64,000 nucleotides of DNA from Octopus sinensis. Its lineage: Eukaryota. The notes beneath the pieces are model-generated. The model did no database searches. It was not told the DNA's origin and saw only the letters and a list, made by a program, of their open reading frames with translations. Location: positions 59,272,001 through 59,336,000 of the forward strand of contig NC_043003.1 of assembly GCF_006345805.1 (NCBI RefSeq), in the 5' to 3' direction. Positions 1-12,273 of the stretch are shown piece after piece (position 1 is the stretch's first letter; each line of letters begins with the position of its first letter). A program made the position numbers and the translations under genes.

Positions 1-28
1 AAGTTACCAAACTATGGGACTGGGTAAT

Positions 29-493
29 TTACTCTTTTACTCTTTTACTTGTCTCAGTCACTTGACTGTGGCCATGCTGGAGTACCGCCTTTAGTCGAGC
101 AAATTGACACCAGGACTTATTCTTTGGAAGCCTAGTACTTATTCTATCGGTCTCTTTTGCCGAACTGCTAATTTACGGGGACGTAAACACACCAGCATCT
201 GTTGTCAAGCAATGTTGGGGAAAAAACACAGCACACAACACTCACTCACACACACATACACACACACACCACACACAACAACACACACACACACACACCC
301 CACACACACATATATATATATATATATATGTATATACGACAGGCTTCTTTCAGTTTTCCATCTACCAAATCCACTCACAAGGCTTTGGTCGGGCCCGAGG
401 CTATAGTAAAGACACTTGCCAAGGTGCCATGCAGTGGGACTGAACACGGAACCATGTGGTTGGTAAGCAGCTACTTACCATACAGCCACTGCT
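29..493 (-). mobile_element. tRNA-derived SINE, family A (CORE-like, internal microsatellite)
   Basis: On the minus strand: A-box-like TGGCTGTATGG, B-box-like TGTTCAGTCCC, a CTTGGCAAGTGTC core, an internal TA/TG tract and an (AAAAGAGT)n tail. About 12 homologous copies occur in the window. Confidence 0.92.
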
Positions 494-559
494 ATATGTA
501 TGTATATGTATGTATATATGTATGTTTATATTATGTATGTATGTTTATATGTATATATG

Positions 560-618
<59 letters not shown>

Positions 619-1204
619 TATAATATATATATATATATATGTATGTGTGTATATATGTATGTTCATGTGTGTGTAAGAGGAAGAAAAAGAGAGAGTGGGG
701 GAACAGAGAGAATGATTCAGTCAGTGAAGGATGAGAGAGTGAATAATTGATTATGTGATTGAACGAGAGAAAATTAGAGATATGTGTATTTTGGAGCAGT
801 AATTTTCGAGAAATGATTTTTCCAGACAGTCTGAAAACTGAAATGTATAATTACATTTAATAACATCAATAGTATTAGTAAATATAATAACATTAAAACT
901 ATAATAATTACCACCACAAGCACCACTCCATTACCTTCACCAGCACAACCTATATCAACATTAATATCAAGAGAAACAACAAAATAATCAACTCATCACC
1001 AGCAAAGGCCATTGGCGCAGACACTTCCTCCAGACCAAACCATAAAAAACAAAAAATCAATTTCTTTCCTTTATTCTCACTTCAGAATTTAATTCAGAAT
1101 AATGCGATTCATTGATTTAGGACTTGACATATGATGCAAACTTTTGGAAAATGTAAAGTCACTTTAGATAATTAGAGATGGTAGAACAATTATACACGCA
1201 TGTG

Positions 1205-1236
<32 letters not shown>

Positions 1237-1540
1237 AATATGTTTGTATGTATCTATGTATATTTATATAGTTTACTTTTTCGTTAACATAAGATCAACT
1301 AAAAAATATTCCATCAGGTGAGAGATAAATATTGTTTTTTTTAACGTACACAGTATATAGTAATGAGCTACTAACAGTTTCATACTTTGAAGACATTATA
1401 TACGCAAGTTATAAAATACTCCATCTCCAGTTGATCCCTGGGCTCTGGGCACACGACCTATATAATTACAAATCAAGACAATAGAACACTTTTACTGCTT
1501 AATCTGACGTTAGCCTGATCGAGCAGGAAACTATTCTTGG

Positions 1541-1702
1541 GTTAGATCGACCCCCAGTACGCAACTGGTACTTAATTTATCGACCCCGAAAGGATGAAGG
1601 GCAAAGTTGACTTCGGCAGAATTTAAAGTTAGAACATGAAGACAGACGAAATACGGCTACGCATTTCGCCCGGCGTGCTAACGTTTCTGCCAGCACGCCG
1701 CC
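1541..1702 (-). mobile_element. tRNA-derived SINE, family B
   Basis: Minus-strand GGCGGCGTGCTGGCAGAAACG head and CTTTGCCCTTCATCCTTTCGGGGTCGATAAA domain; homologous to the copies at 32.3k, 35.7k, 36.3k and 57.3k. Confidence 0.9.
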
Positions 1703-2244
1703 TTGTTGGTAAGAATATTGTATAAGCATTCATTAAAAAGTGTGTTTGAGCAGAGGACATTATGGAATACTTTTCGCCTATGTTTTATTTTTGATTTATT
1801 TATTTACTTTCTTAAGTGAAATTAGCAAGTAGCGAATAAATCGAACACATTATTGATATGAGGGATAAATATGATACATAACAGGAAATAATTCTTCTTT
1901 GCCAATCCTTTTTTGTTTTTGTATATATTATTACAGTGCAGCGAATGGAGCCAAACTCCCTACTGATATTCATTAAAACTGGGCGATATTAGAGTTCGTT
2001 GTTGTTATTGAATATGTAATGCATTTGGTTTGTGTTAGAAATGCAGTGATTGGGTGCAGTATGCTGAATACATGTTGTAAGTTGCCAATATGAGAGTTGT
2101 TGATTCACATATGACTCTTTCTAAGAATTCTTTTGGTTTGGGCATGATATTACGAAGTGGTTCTGATTTAGATGCTCTATGTTTTATTAGGCATAAAATT
2201 ATTATCATCATCTCCATTTTCCAGATGTTGGATATTCGGAAGTG

Positions 2245-2369
2245 TTAGCATGAGATGTTAAAATGGCGTGTGTGATAATTCCCTTGGGCATTAAATGTAT
2301 ATTTATGGTCGTGTCAGTCCTCGGGGCGTCTCTTGTGTCTGGCGGAAAGGAAGGAAGGAATAGGTCAAT
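2245..2369. repeat. Unclassified ~125 bp repeat, copy 1
   Basis: About 80% identical by eye to 3610-3736 in the same orientation (shared GTCGTGTCAGTCCTCG and GGAATAGGTCAAT). Confidence 0.75.
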
Positions 2370-2412
2370 CCCCTTCCTAGGTGTCGCGTTTGGTGCCTCC
2401 TGTTGCATAGAA

Positions 2413-2457
<45 letters not shown>

Positions 2458-2998
2458 TTATCTATCTCAATAGATAGAGAAATGCATTATATGTGTGTGT
2501 ATGTATAAGCAACCAATGCATGCGTATATACACGCGTGCACACAATATATACAGATACACAGATATATAAATCCCAAAGTAATTTGGGTAGTGATATTGT
2601 TAATAGAAAAAAATCTAATAGATATATAACGAGCGTTCGTCCAGTTTGCTTGCTAAAGCTTAATACAAAATTAAGCAGTGACATTATATGAAGCTCACCA
2701 CCATAGATTTTTACAGTTATAAGTAAAATATGTGAAGGCATAATAATGCTTGTGACATTTGATAAAATGCAAAAAAGGTTCATGAATTTTTCATATTTAA
2801 TAATAAGCGCTAGACATAATGACTACAACACAATATTGGCTGCTAACAAAACCCGGAGAATATTTCTCCAAGAAATGTATCTAGTATTAATTTTATTATT
2901 GATCTGGAGAACTGTTTCGGATTGAAATATCGACAAAAATATAACAAAAAATAATAAATAAAATTAAAGGCGGGATTTGCACTGTAATAATGACTTGC

Positions 2999-3043
2999 CG
3001 GTGTCTTGCGATGGAAAAGTACCAGGAACCGCAGCTGCACTAC
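2999..3043 (-). CDS. Candidate 45-nt phase-1/phase-1 exon, (G)SAAAVPGTFPSQDT(G), function unknown
   Basis: Acceptor atctaatttatag, GC-type donor CG|gcaagt, open symmetric frame, locally GC-rich. No homology recognised. Confidence 0.2.
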
Positions 3044-3199
3044 CTATAAATTAGATTCTTGTAGAAAAAGTCATGTAGGATATAATATTCGCTGCATGTA
3101 AAAAAAGGAATGTTCAATTTAAAAGAGATGTGGCAGGCAGTGTGACGCTTGCCATTTTGCTATATTTTATTTGTCCCAGTCATTGAAGTTCGGGCTTGA

Positions 3200-3603
3200 A
3201 AAATTTAGTTCAACAAATTGATTCCAATATTTATTTTCTAATTCTGGTACTTATTTCACCGGATCTATTTTGCGGAACCGCCATATCACGAGGTGAAAGT
3301 AAAACAGTAACCGGTTCTCAAGCGGTATGGTGAAGACGGTCGCAATGAAAAAGATATACACCTAAATAACCAAACAACAAACCACACGCGTTCACACACA
3401 CACACACACACGCGCACACACACACACACATACACACACACACACACACACACATACACACGAAAGGATTCCGCACAGTGTCCGTCAACAAAATCGCCCC
3501 ACAAGACATTGGTCAGCCCGAGGCTATTGCAGAAGACACTTCTCAATATCGCTCAGTGAGACTGAATCCCCCAAATATGGTTGCAAAGTGAGTTTTTAAC
3601 CAT
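3200..3603 (-). mobile_element. Diverged family-A-related SINE
   Basis: Contains TTGGTCAGCCCGAGGCTATTGCAGAAGACAC, an internal (CA)n tract and GGTACTTATT, all collinear with family A. Confidence 0.8.
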
Positions 3604-3609
3604 GAGATT

Positions 3610-3736
3610 TTAACATGAGATGTGAAAAAGGCAAGTCTGATAATTGCCTCGGGCGTTAAGTGTATATTTATTGTCGTGTCAGTCCTCGAGGCGTTCTTGT
3701 TGTATCTGGTGGAAAGGAAGAAAGGAATAGGTCAAT
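3610..3736. repeat. Unclassified ~125 bp repeat, copy 2
   Basis: Homologous to 2245-2369. Confidence 0.75.
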
Positions 3737-3959
3737 TTAATAGAAGGAATGAAGGCGCATTAACTTCACATGTGTGTTTCCCTCTATAATAATTTTCAGA
3801 AAAATTATGTTTATATGCTCTTACAAAACATCTTAAACTTAGTGACGTTTGACAACTTTGTGGTTTATTATCCTTACATGATTATTATATTTTTAAAAGC
3901 TTTGTTTAAGAATGAAGATCGGTGCTCTCATGACCTTTTTGATGGTATTTCGTAACTGT

Positions 3960-5065
3960 TAGTTAATTTGGCTCAAAAGCAAATAGCAAGGCCATGTAGG
4001 GGGACATGGAGTTAAGTACAGGGTGGTTTTCATGTAAAGAGTTCAGGCCACTTGAGGTCCAGGGAGGCTTTGAACAAAGCGGTCGTCGGCATCTTCACCA
4101 TCTCGTCTGGCAGCTTGTTCCACGGATCCGCAACCCGGACGGAGAAAGCTCCTCTCCTTCGATTGAGATGAAATCGTCGCAGGTATAGCTTTTTGGAATG
4201 ACCCCGCAGCCGACGCTCCGGAGCAGAAGTGAAGAACAGCTCTTTCGAGAGGTTACACTTCCCGCTTATGATGTTGTGGGCGAGAATGAGATCACCACGG
4301 CGGCGGCGTTTTCAAGAGAACAAAGGTCGAGCGTCCTCAGCCTTTCTTCGTAGGACAAATTTTTGAGACCATGAACCATGCGGGTAGCCAGCCTCTGGAC
4401 TCTTTCGAGGTGCTGTATGTCTTTGAGGAGATAAGGAGAAGAGGCTTGAATCCCATACTCCAATATGGGTCTCACCAGCGTGACATAGAGTGGCAGGAAT
4501 ATGGCTGCTGTGAGCATTCCGAATGACCGTCGAATCAAAAACAGAATTCCGCGCGCTTTGTTGGCAGCATGGACGCACTGGGCCGAAGGCGAAAAGGAGG
4601 AATCCACCAAGATACCCAGGTCCTTTACCTGATCGGTCCTCTCCAGCAGCAGACGAAATCAAGTTGAGTTGCAGGAGTAGAGCCGACAGGCAGATGACAG
4701 CACTTTGACACGTTCAGACACAGGTCCCAATCGTTAGACCACTTCCAAATTTGGTGGAGGCATCGACGAAGATCCTCTATACTACCGCGAGGAGCGACCA
4801 GTTTGATATCGTCGGCAAATAGAAGGGTGTGTTGCGTGAGGTCGTCGGGCAAGTCATTTATGAAGACTAAGAACTACAAGGGCCCAAGCACTGAACCTTG
4901 AGGCACGCCACTGCTCGCACTGGAGACGTCGGACCGCGAACCATTAACTTGAACTTGGAAGGAGCGATCTGAGAGGAAGACACCAACCCATCGTACAATA
5001 TCCGGATGGAAACTATATGCTTGAAGCTTGACTGGAATGAAACGGGATAATATATTCGGTGTTGA
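3960..5065 (-). mobile_element. 5'-truncated CR1-clade LINE (RT C-terminal half plus 3' UTR), GC-rich subfamily
   Basis: Translated motifs SGVPQGSVLGPL, LFADDIKL, LVRPILEY, LERVQRLATRMV, FSVRVADPWNKLP; about three frame disruptions. Confidence 0.93.
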
Positions 5066-5112
5066 AACTGAAGACCTGTTCTCAATATATATATATATAC
5101 AACAATGTGGTT

Positions 5113-5378
5113 TACTCTGTTGTGTCTGGGGAGAGCCATTTTCTTTTTGTGCTTTATAATTTAACACACCGGTAAAATTTCCACTTATTTTTATTTTCCT
5201 AAAATATTCGTTGCGTCTTGCAGCCTTTTCAGTAGTCTTGACTCTTATTGAAAGGGTTGCAAGACGCAACAAAAATTCTAGGAAAATAAAAATAAGAAAT
5301 AAGTGGAAATTTTACCGGTGCGTATGTTAAATTATAAGGCATAAAAAGAAAATTACTCCCCCCAGACACAACAGAATA
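5113..5378. mobile_element. Foldback/MITE-like palindrome, ~120 bp arms, TA flanks
   Basis: 5117-5231 is the near reverse complement of 5249-5374, with a 17-nt loop. Confidence 0.85.
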
Positions 5379-5659
5379 TGCTTCAACACACGAACTCACA
5401 TAAAGAATCTTGCAAACCACATCCAAAAACGAAATGTGGTTTACGCTAAAAGAACCCAAGGAACATAGTTATATGTTAAGGCAAGAATTAGAATAAGTGT
5501 GCCATTCAGATTAAGGACTGATTCTTCTTCGAGCCGCGTGCATATTCCTTTATAAAATATTCACTTACAAAAAGCAGAAGTTACTTTGTGTATTGTGTTG
5601 TAGGATTTACCTCTACACTACATAGCTGTGGAGCGAACCTATCTGCTTAATTTTGTGCC

Positions 5660-6061
5660 TCTTTCTCTTTTCTCTTTTACTTGTTTCAGTCATTTGACTG
5701 CCGCCATGCTGGAGCACCGCCTTTAATCGAGCAACTCGACCCCAGGACTTATTCTTTGTAAGCCCAGTACTTATTCTATCGGTCTCTTTTTCCGAACCGC
5801 TAAGTGACGGGGACATAAACACACCAGCATCGGTTGTCAAGCAATGCTAGGGGGACAAACACATCACAAACATACACACATATATATACACATGCATACA
5901 ACGGGCTTCTTTCAGTTTCCGTCTACCAAATCCACTCACAAGGCTTTGGTCGGCCCGAGGCTATAGTAGAAGACAGTTGCCCAAGGTGCCACGCAGTGGG
6001 ACTGAATCCGGAACCATGTGGTTGGTAAACAAGTTACTTACCACACATCCACTCCTGCGCC
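5660..6061 (-). mobile_element. SINE family A, full length
   Basis: Collinear with the other family A copies from GGCGCAGGAGTGG head to tail. Confidence 0.93.
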
Positions 6062-6414
6062 CTGTTCATTTTTTGCTTAAATGATTTTTTGCCGTTTTCA
6101 CAATACAATTCAGATAATTTGTAGATGTGCTTATATAACGAAATATCTTTCTGTTTACTTTTGAACAATTAAGCTATTGGAATGTGAGAATATTGGAGCG
6201 CCACCTTTGAAAGGTTTAATTGATGAAATCAAGCCTACAAATTATTCTCTTCTCTTGCCAAAGCGCTAAATTATGGGGTTGTAAACATCCACCTTAGCAA
6301 ACGCAAATACACAGACATATATATATATATATGTATTTATAAATGTATGTATGTATCTATCAATCTTTCTATCTACTAACACACACACGCACGCACGCAC
6401 ACACACAGACACAG

Positions 6415-6474
<60 letters not shown>

Positions 6475-7072
6475 TACTGTATTTGCACATTCATTAGATT
6501 TTCGGACAATTTATTTTTGTTTTAAGTCCGAACCCTAAAATCTCATAAAGGTCAGCCTTCTATTTCATAGCTTCTGAGTTCGGTAAAAGAAACTATCATT
6601 TAAGTCCATCTACTTGACTGAGCCATTTTACCAAATTTGTGGCATTCTGTGTGTATAAGAAGTTATTATTATAATTGTTTTATAGTTTATAGTTGATAAT
6701 ATTTTTTAACTCTATGTTAGACCGGATCGAACTTATATATATAGCCGCAGGAATGCCAGCCATTTTTTAGGTATACTATACCAATGATCACATTATCTAA
6801 TATGTTTCTTTGAGGGAGATTCGCTGCTATTACAAATAGATTGCGTAACCATATAGATACTTTTTTTGGGTTCGATTAATAATTTTGAAGAAAAAGTTAA
6901 ATTTTAATTTCATTTCGGCAACCAGTCTTTTTATAGCTACAGGTCTTTACTTTCGTAAGACTTGACAAGTATCAACATTTATCATTGATTTAATATATTT
7001 AACATGTCCAGAATAGTAAACTGGAAAAGGGAATAATATACAGAAGGATTTTCTAATATTGATGCATCTCAC

Positions 7073-7226
7073 GTGGATATAAGTTAGTCACGAAACTCTA
7101 AAATTCCCAAGATACTTTGACAGGGAACTAATCTGTTCGATTTTGTCAGAAACTACGTTTATAGTTACAGAATTCAAAAGTAGCATTAAGATAGATACGT
7201 GTTTCGCTGATGCTGTTGAACAGAGG
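7073..7226 (-). other. Candidate non-coding exon
   Basis: Strong acceptor ttttctttttgtgtag and donor CAC|gtgaga; all three frames contain stops. Confidence 0.2.
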
Positions 7227-8031
7227 CTACACAAAAAGAAAAAGACGATGAAGAAAAAATAACAAAACAAACTAAGCACCAATTGAATACAAAACGATGC
7301 TAAAATAGAGGTGTTAGCGAGAAGGCTGTAGGTAAGGGTGTGATACAAATGTGGAAAATACATATATATGTATAAATAGAGAAAAAAAAAACAGCAGGAG
7401 TGGAATAGTGTAAGTGAATAAAAAGAGATAGAGGCGTGGAAATGACACAGAGAAAAAGAGAAACAGAGAAAGACGAAGAAAAGGAGTATGAGAAATAGAG
7501 AGAAAGCTGGTGTGTAACGGTAATGATAGCAAAGAATAGAATGAAATTTAACAAAATGAAATGTCTGTAATTGAATTTTATAGCCTTAAGCAGGAGCAGA
7601 ACTCTTGTTTTACCTCTTTTAAGATGCCATTGTTTTTGCTTCTGTTATGCGTTTATTTAGTCTAATTAAAACTTTTCATCACCTTCGTGTGTTGGTTTCA
7701 AAAGTAGTCCTTTTGATTTTGTCTGCAACGGAGGTAATTCTGGTGCAGTAATACTGATATATAATATAATTATTAATATCAGGCTGCTCTCAGCGGGTTT
7801 CCTTGCAGAGAAAAATAAAACACAAGAAAAAAGTTTATAGAAAGACTAGATATAGAGGGAGAGTTGGGAGGGAAACTGAGAGAAAGAGATAGGTGAGGTG
7901 AGGAAGAAGAAAAAAAGATTGCAAATAATAACAGGCAGGCTTTATTCGCTCTATCCTGAGGGCTAGGCTAGGCGCTGATTATGCATGGGTTGGAAAAGGG
8001 TGTCGGATAAATTATTAGGCTGTGGACTTAC

Positions 8032-8500
8032 GCTTGTCGGTCGTAGCTTCGGTTCAGGCTATGGCAATGGCGGATGGTGCAGTACGATTGCCAGCAACAG
8101 GGGTACGAGGAGGTTGACAAGAAGGAGAGAGAAAGAGAGAATTTCTGAGCGATAGAGACTAAAGAAAGGAGAAATAAAGAGATAGAAGGAACAATCTAAG
8201 ATGTATTTCAAAGATAAGCAAAAGAGAAAGAGAATGAAAAATGAAACATTTAACAAATTGAGAGAGATAGAGAGGTACTGTGATAAGACAAAAAAAAAAG
8301 AAAAAGAAAAGAAAAGAAGAATAGAGGAAGTATCTGAAGGAGAGAGGAAAAGTAAATGAAGACGAGAGTGGGACGTTGGCGACATCGGTAACAGGGGTGG
8401 AGTAAAGTGCGGCTCTCGTGATGCAGCTGTTTTAGCGACTGTGGTGTTAGGAGTCTTGGCTCCAAGGGTGGTTCACAACTTCCTGTGAAACAAGTTTTCT
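8032..8500 (-). promoter_or_regulatory. Candidate promoter and non-coding first exon of a leftward transcript
   Basis: CpG-richer unique island, ETS-type ACTTCCTG at 8478-8485, pyrimidine-rich leader, donor AAGC|gtaagt at 8032/8031. Confidence 0.35.
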
Positions 8501-8752
8501 TTGTAATTTAAAATAAGGGGTAAAAATAGGGGTAGAATTTACTGGCTTTTCAATATCCCTCGTAGTCCAGTTAGGTTTGGCCGTTTGACCAGTTATTTAT
8601 CGTCTCATTTTTCGAGTTTACTTTTGCGAGCCAACAGCGGGAAAGGTTGCCAAGGTTACAAAGCAAAATTTAATACAGGAACGGGTTTTAAACAAGTGCC
8701 GAACATCTCGTAACTGGTAGAATGAATTAAGATTTCACACATACGCAATCAC

Positions 8753-8849
<97 letters not shown>

Positions 8850-9105
8850 GGCAGAAACGCACATGCTCATGCGCATAAATACACGAATATATATGCATGT
8901 GTGTGCATGCTTGTCAACAGTGATTATTAATTGTAATAAAACACTTTGAGCTGAACTATGTCATATGACTCTATCACATCAATCTATTTTCCGTGTTCAA
9001 TAATGGGGAAGTGATGACAGTGCAGGCGAGAAACCTAACAGTAGTAGAGCTGTTTAGAATCACACTCAGAAACGAACGGTCATTAAAGTTTCAGAAGAGA
9101 AAAAT

Positions 9106-9118
9106 TAATAACAATAAC

Positions 9119-9162
<44 letters not shown>
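9106..9162. repeat. (AAT)n microsatellite
   Basis: Read directly. Confidence 0.97.
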
Positions 9163-9165
<3 letters not shown>

Positions 9166-9473
9166 CAATAGTTACTTTTCTTTTTCTTTTCTTCTCCTAC
9201 ATGCAATTTAATATTACTGTCACCATTTTTTTAATTAGTTTTTAATTAATACCCATTTTGGGAAACTTAGCAAAATTAGAATTTAATAGGGATGAAAGGA
9301 GCAAATTCTTGTACAGATTAATAAAAGAATGCATAGCATATTCGGACTCTCGTTTTAGACAATTTGTTTTAATCCATCCCACTGCTCTTTGAATGAACAC
9401 GAAAAATATTGACGTCGAATTTTGCCACATGTCCAATAATTTCTGGGAATGGATAAGCCGATTTTATATATAC

Positions 9474-9579
9474 CACATACATACATACATACATACATAC
9501 ATACATACATACATACAACATACATACATACATACTACATACATACATACATACATACATACATACATACATACATACA

Positions 9580-9606
<27 letters not shown>
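9474..9606. repeat. (TACA)n microsatellite
   Basis: Read directly. Confidence 0.97.
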
Positions 9607-9611
<5 letters not shown>

Positions 9612-9639
9612 CATACATATATATATATATACATATACA

Positions 9640-9751
9640 TAGCTCGAAACGTAAAAGACTTGTTTTATTTCTATTCCTGAGCGCCATACTAATACATTGT
9701 TTGTACTCCACCTGCCTTCGTCTTTTGTTTATTTTCGTAAACCTTCCCGTT
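9640..9751 (+). mobile_element. Truncated copy of a Penelope-like terminal repeat
   Basis: GCTCGAAACGTAAAAGACT...CTAATACA...CCTG(C)CTTCGTCTT is homologous to 11880-11990; the Penelope label is inferred. Confidence 0.55.
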
Positions 9752-9779
9752 ATATATATATATATATATATATATACAT

Positions 9780-9814
<35 letters not shown>

Positions 9815-9816
<2 letters not shown>

Positions 9817-9930
9817 GGTGGCCTTGTGGTAAGTACCTTGTAAGAGTCTTCTACTATACCCTCGGGTTGACCAAAGCCTTGTGAGTGGATTTGGTAGACG
9901 GAAACGGAAAGTAGCCCGTTGTATACATGC
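9815..9930 (+). mobile_element. SINE family A, internally deleted 5' part
   Basis: Contains CCTTGTGAGTGGATTTGGTAGACGGAAAC. Confidence 0.85.
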
Positions 9931-10681
9931 ATATATATACATATATGTGTGTGTGTGTTTGTGTATGTATATATGCGTGTGTGTGTGTCTCTCTCTGTGT
10001 GTATAACCTACATAGAGGGATAAAAACGATATAGTTTTATAGGCATATGTGTAGTGCACATATAGACATGCTTTGCATTTAGTTCTGAGTTATGTCCGTT
10101 CACTGAAAAATGAACATACTATATTCATTACTTACAACTTAGATGTTATAAAAGGTAGGGTGGCAGCAGTCTAACATCTGAACGGTGGCGCAAAAGAAAA
10201 AATAAGAAAAAAGGAAATAGGAATACTACATCAAAAGTAAAGACCTATTCCTTGGCATGTACATGTACGTTCTGGTTATCTCCAAACTAACCCCATATAG
10301 TGAAACGAATCATACGGTTTACACATCCAAATAAAGTGAAATGAGTGTACATTTTGTACAATTACAGGTATATTGATGAAGAAATATGATTATCTTTAAA
10401 TATTAGTTGCTGCGAAGTAACATAAGGAAATAAACTGCGCAATTCCAATAACTAAAACATTTGAATGGAATCTTTATATCATAGTTGCAGCGAAATGTGG
10501 AGAGTTATCACGTTACTTACTAAAAATCATCACCGCCCTTTTCAGTTTTATAAGTAACATTTAATTACAAAATATCTAGATAATTGTAATTAGTTGCAGG
10601 ATTTAGAGCTCTGTGAATGTTAGTTGTCTTTAAGCAATAAACTAAAACTGGGTGTGATATTCTTCAGTCATTTACAGTATA

Positions 10682-10966
10682 GGCGTAGGAGTAGCTGTGT
10701 AGTAAGTAGCTTCCTTACTAACCACATGGTTCCGGGTTCAGTCCCACTGCGTGGCACTTTGGGCAATTGTCTTTTACTATAGCCTCGGGCCGACCAGAGC
10801 CTTGTGAGTGGATTTGGTAGGCGGAAACTGAAAGAAGCCTGTTGTATACATGTGTATATATATGTGAGTGTGTGTGTATGTGAGTGTGTGTGTGTATGTG
10901 TGTGTGTGTTTGTGTGTCTGTGTTTGTCCTCCCGCCTAACATCGCATAACAACCGATGCTGGTGTG
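10682..10966 (+). mobile_element. SINE family A, 3'-truncated
   Basis: GGCGTAGGAGTAGCTG head, B box GGTTCAGTCCC, internal microsatellite; homology stops after CCGATGCTGGTGTG. Confidence 0.92.
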
Positions 10967-11126
10967 TTATATCACTCAAAAATCCCTTGTGCTAATGAAG
11001 TGATTCAGATATGAACAAATATTGATCGTAAAGGAGATATTCTCTTGTGATGAACTAAAAGAGCGATTAACTAGCTGCCGTTCCAAGCAACTGGAATGCA
11101 TTATGAATAAATATGCAAGATAAATA

Positions 11127-11535
11127 GGCGCAGAAGTGGCTGTGTGGTAAGTAGCTTGCTAACCAAGCACATGGTTCCGGGTTCAGTCCCACTGCGTGGC
11201 ATCTTGGGCAAGTGTCTTCTGCTATAGCCCTGGGCCGACCAATGCCTTGTGAGTGGATTTGGTAGACGGAAACTGAAAGAAGCCTGTCGTATATATGTAT
11301 ATATGTGTGTGTATATGTTTGTGTGTCTGTGTTTTTCCCCCTAGCATTGCTTGACAACCGATGCTGGTGTGCTTACGTCCCCGTCACTTAGCGGTTCGGC
11401 AAAAAGAGACCGATAGAATAAGTACTGGGCTTACAAAGAATAAGTTCCGGGGTCGATTTGCTCGACTAAAGGCGGTGCTCCAGCATGGCCACAGTCAAAT
11501 GACTGAAACAAATAAAAGAGAAAAGAGATAAGAGA
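11127..11535 (+). mobile_element. SINE family A, full length
   Basis: A box TGGCTGTGTGG, B box GGTTCAGTCCC, tail CCAGCATGGCCACAGTCAAATGACTGAAAC followed by AAAAGAG repeats. Confidence 0.95.
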
Positions 11536-11789
11536 AAGATGTAGTTCTGATGTTCGCTATTTAACAGTTTTTAGTTACTAAGAGTAAATATGCGCCTGTA
11601 TATTACGATTCATCTGAGCCCTCCCCCAAATTTCTGCCTTAACATGTTATATGTCAGTCAGCGGGATTCAGTGATTGGCTTGGATGTCAGAAAAAGAAAA
11701 TAAATCATGTGTAGAATTAATCAAGACAAGAGTAAGGTATATTTACAACACACCTACATACAAAAATTTTCCCACTCTCTCTCACTCAC

Positions 11790-11995
11790 AGAGGAGCGCC
11801 ATGAGTGATCACTAAATCCACAAGTTTTTTTATCACTCTCTCTGTTTATTTCCCCATACTCCTTTCTGTTCAAGAGCGTAGTCTCGAAATGTAAAAGACT
11901 TTCTCACTTTGCCGAGCATCAAACTAATACACATGCTTGTTGTTCATATATCTGACCTGTCTTCGTCTTCGGCTTTTCTGTAAATTTCTACTATA
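11790..11995 (+). mobile_element. Penelope-like terminal repeat with a degenerate hammerhead-like motif
   Basis: CTTT-CTGTTCA-AGAGCGTAGTCTC-GAAAT-GTA-AAAG topology; second copy at 9640. Confidence 0.5.
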
Positions 11996-12021
11996 TATAT
12001 ATAAACACATACACACATGCA

Positions 12022-12057
<36 letters not shown>

Positions 12058-12059
12058 TA

Positions 12060-12097
<38 letters not shown>

Positions 12098-12233
12098 ATT
12101 TGGGGATGCCACATGTCCAGACATGTCATTTGTGTCTGTGGAACTCATAGAACTGCAGATGTAAATCAGATTCTGTTATCCATGACACGTATGTGTGATG
12201 TTTTCATTCATGTATTTACATGAGCCTATGGAA

Positions 12234-12273
<40 letters not shown>

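Noticed and set aside
11127-11200. tRNA gene at SINE heads
   Set aside because: A/B boxes are present, but the sequence runs directly into the SINE body and there is no convincing cloverleaf.
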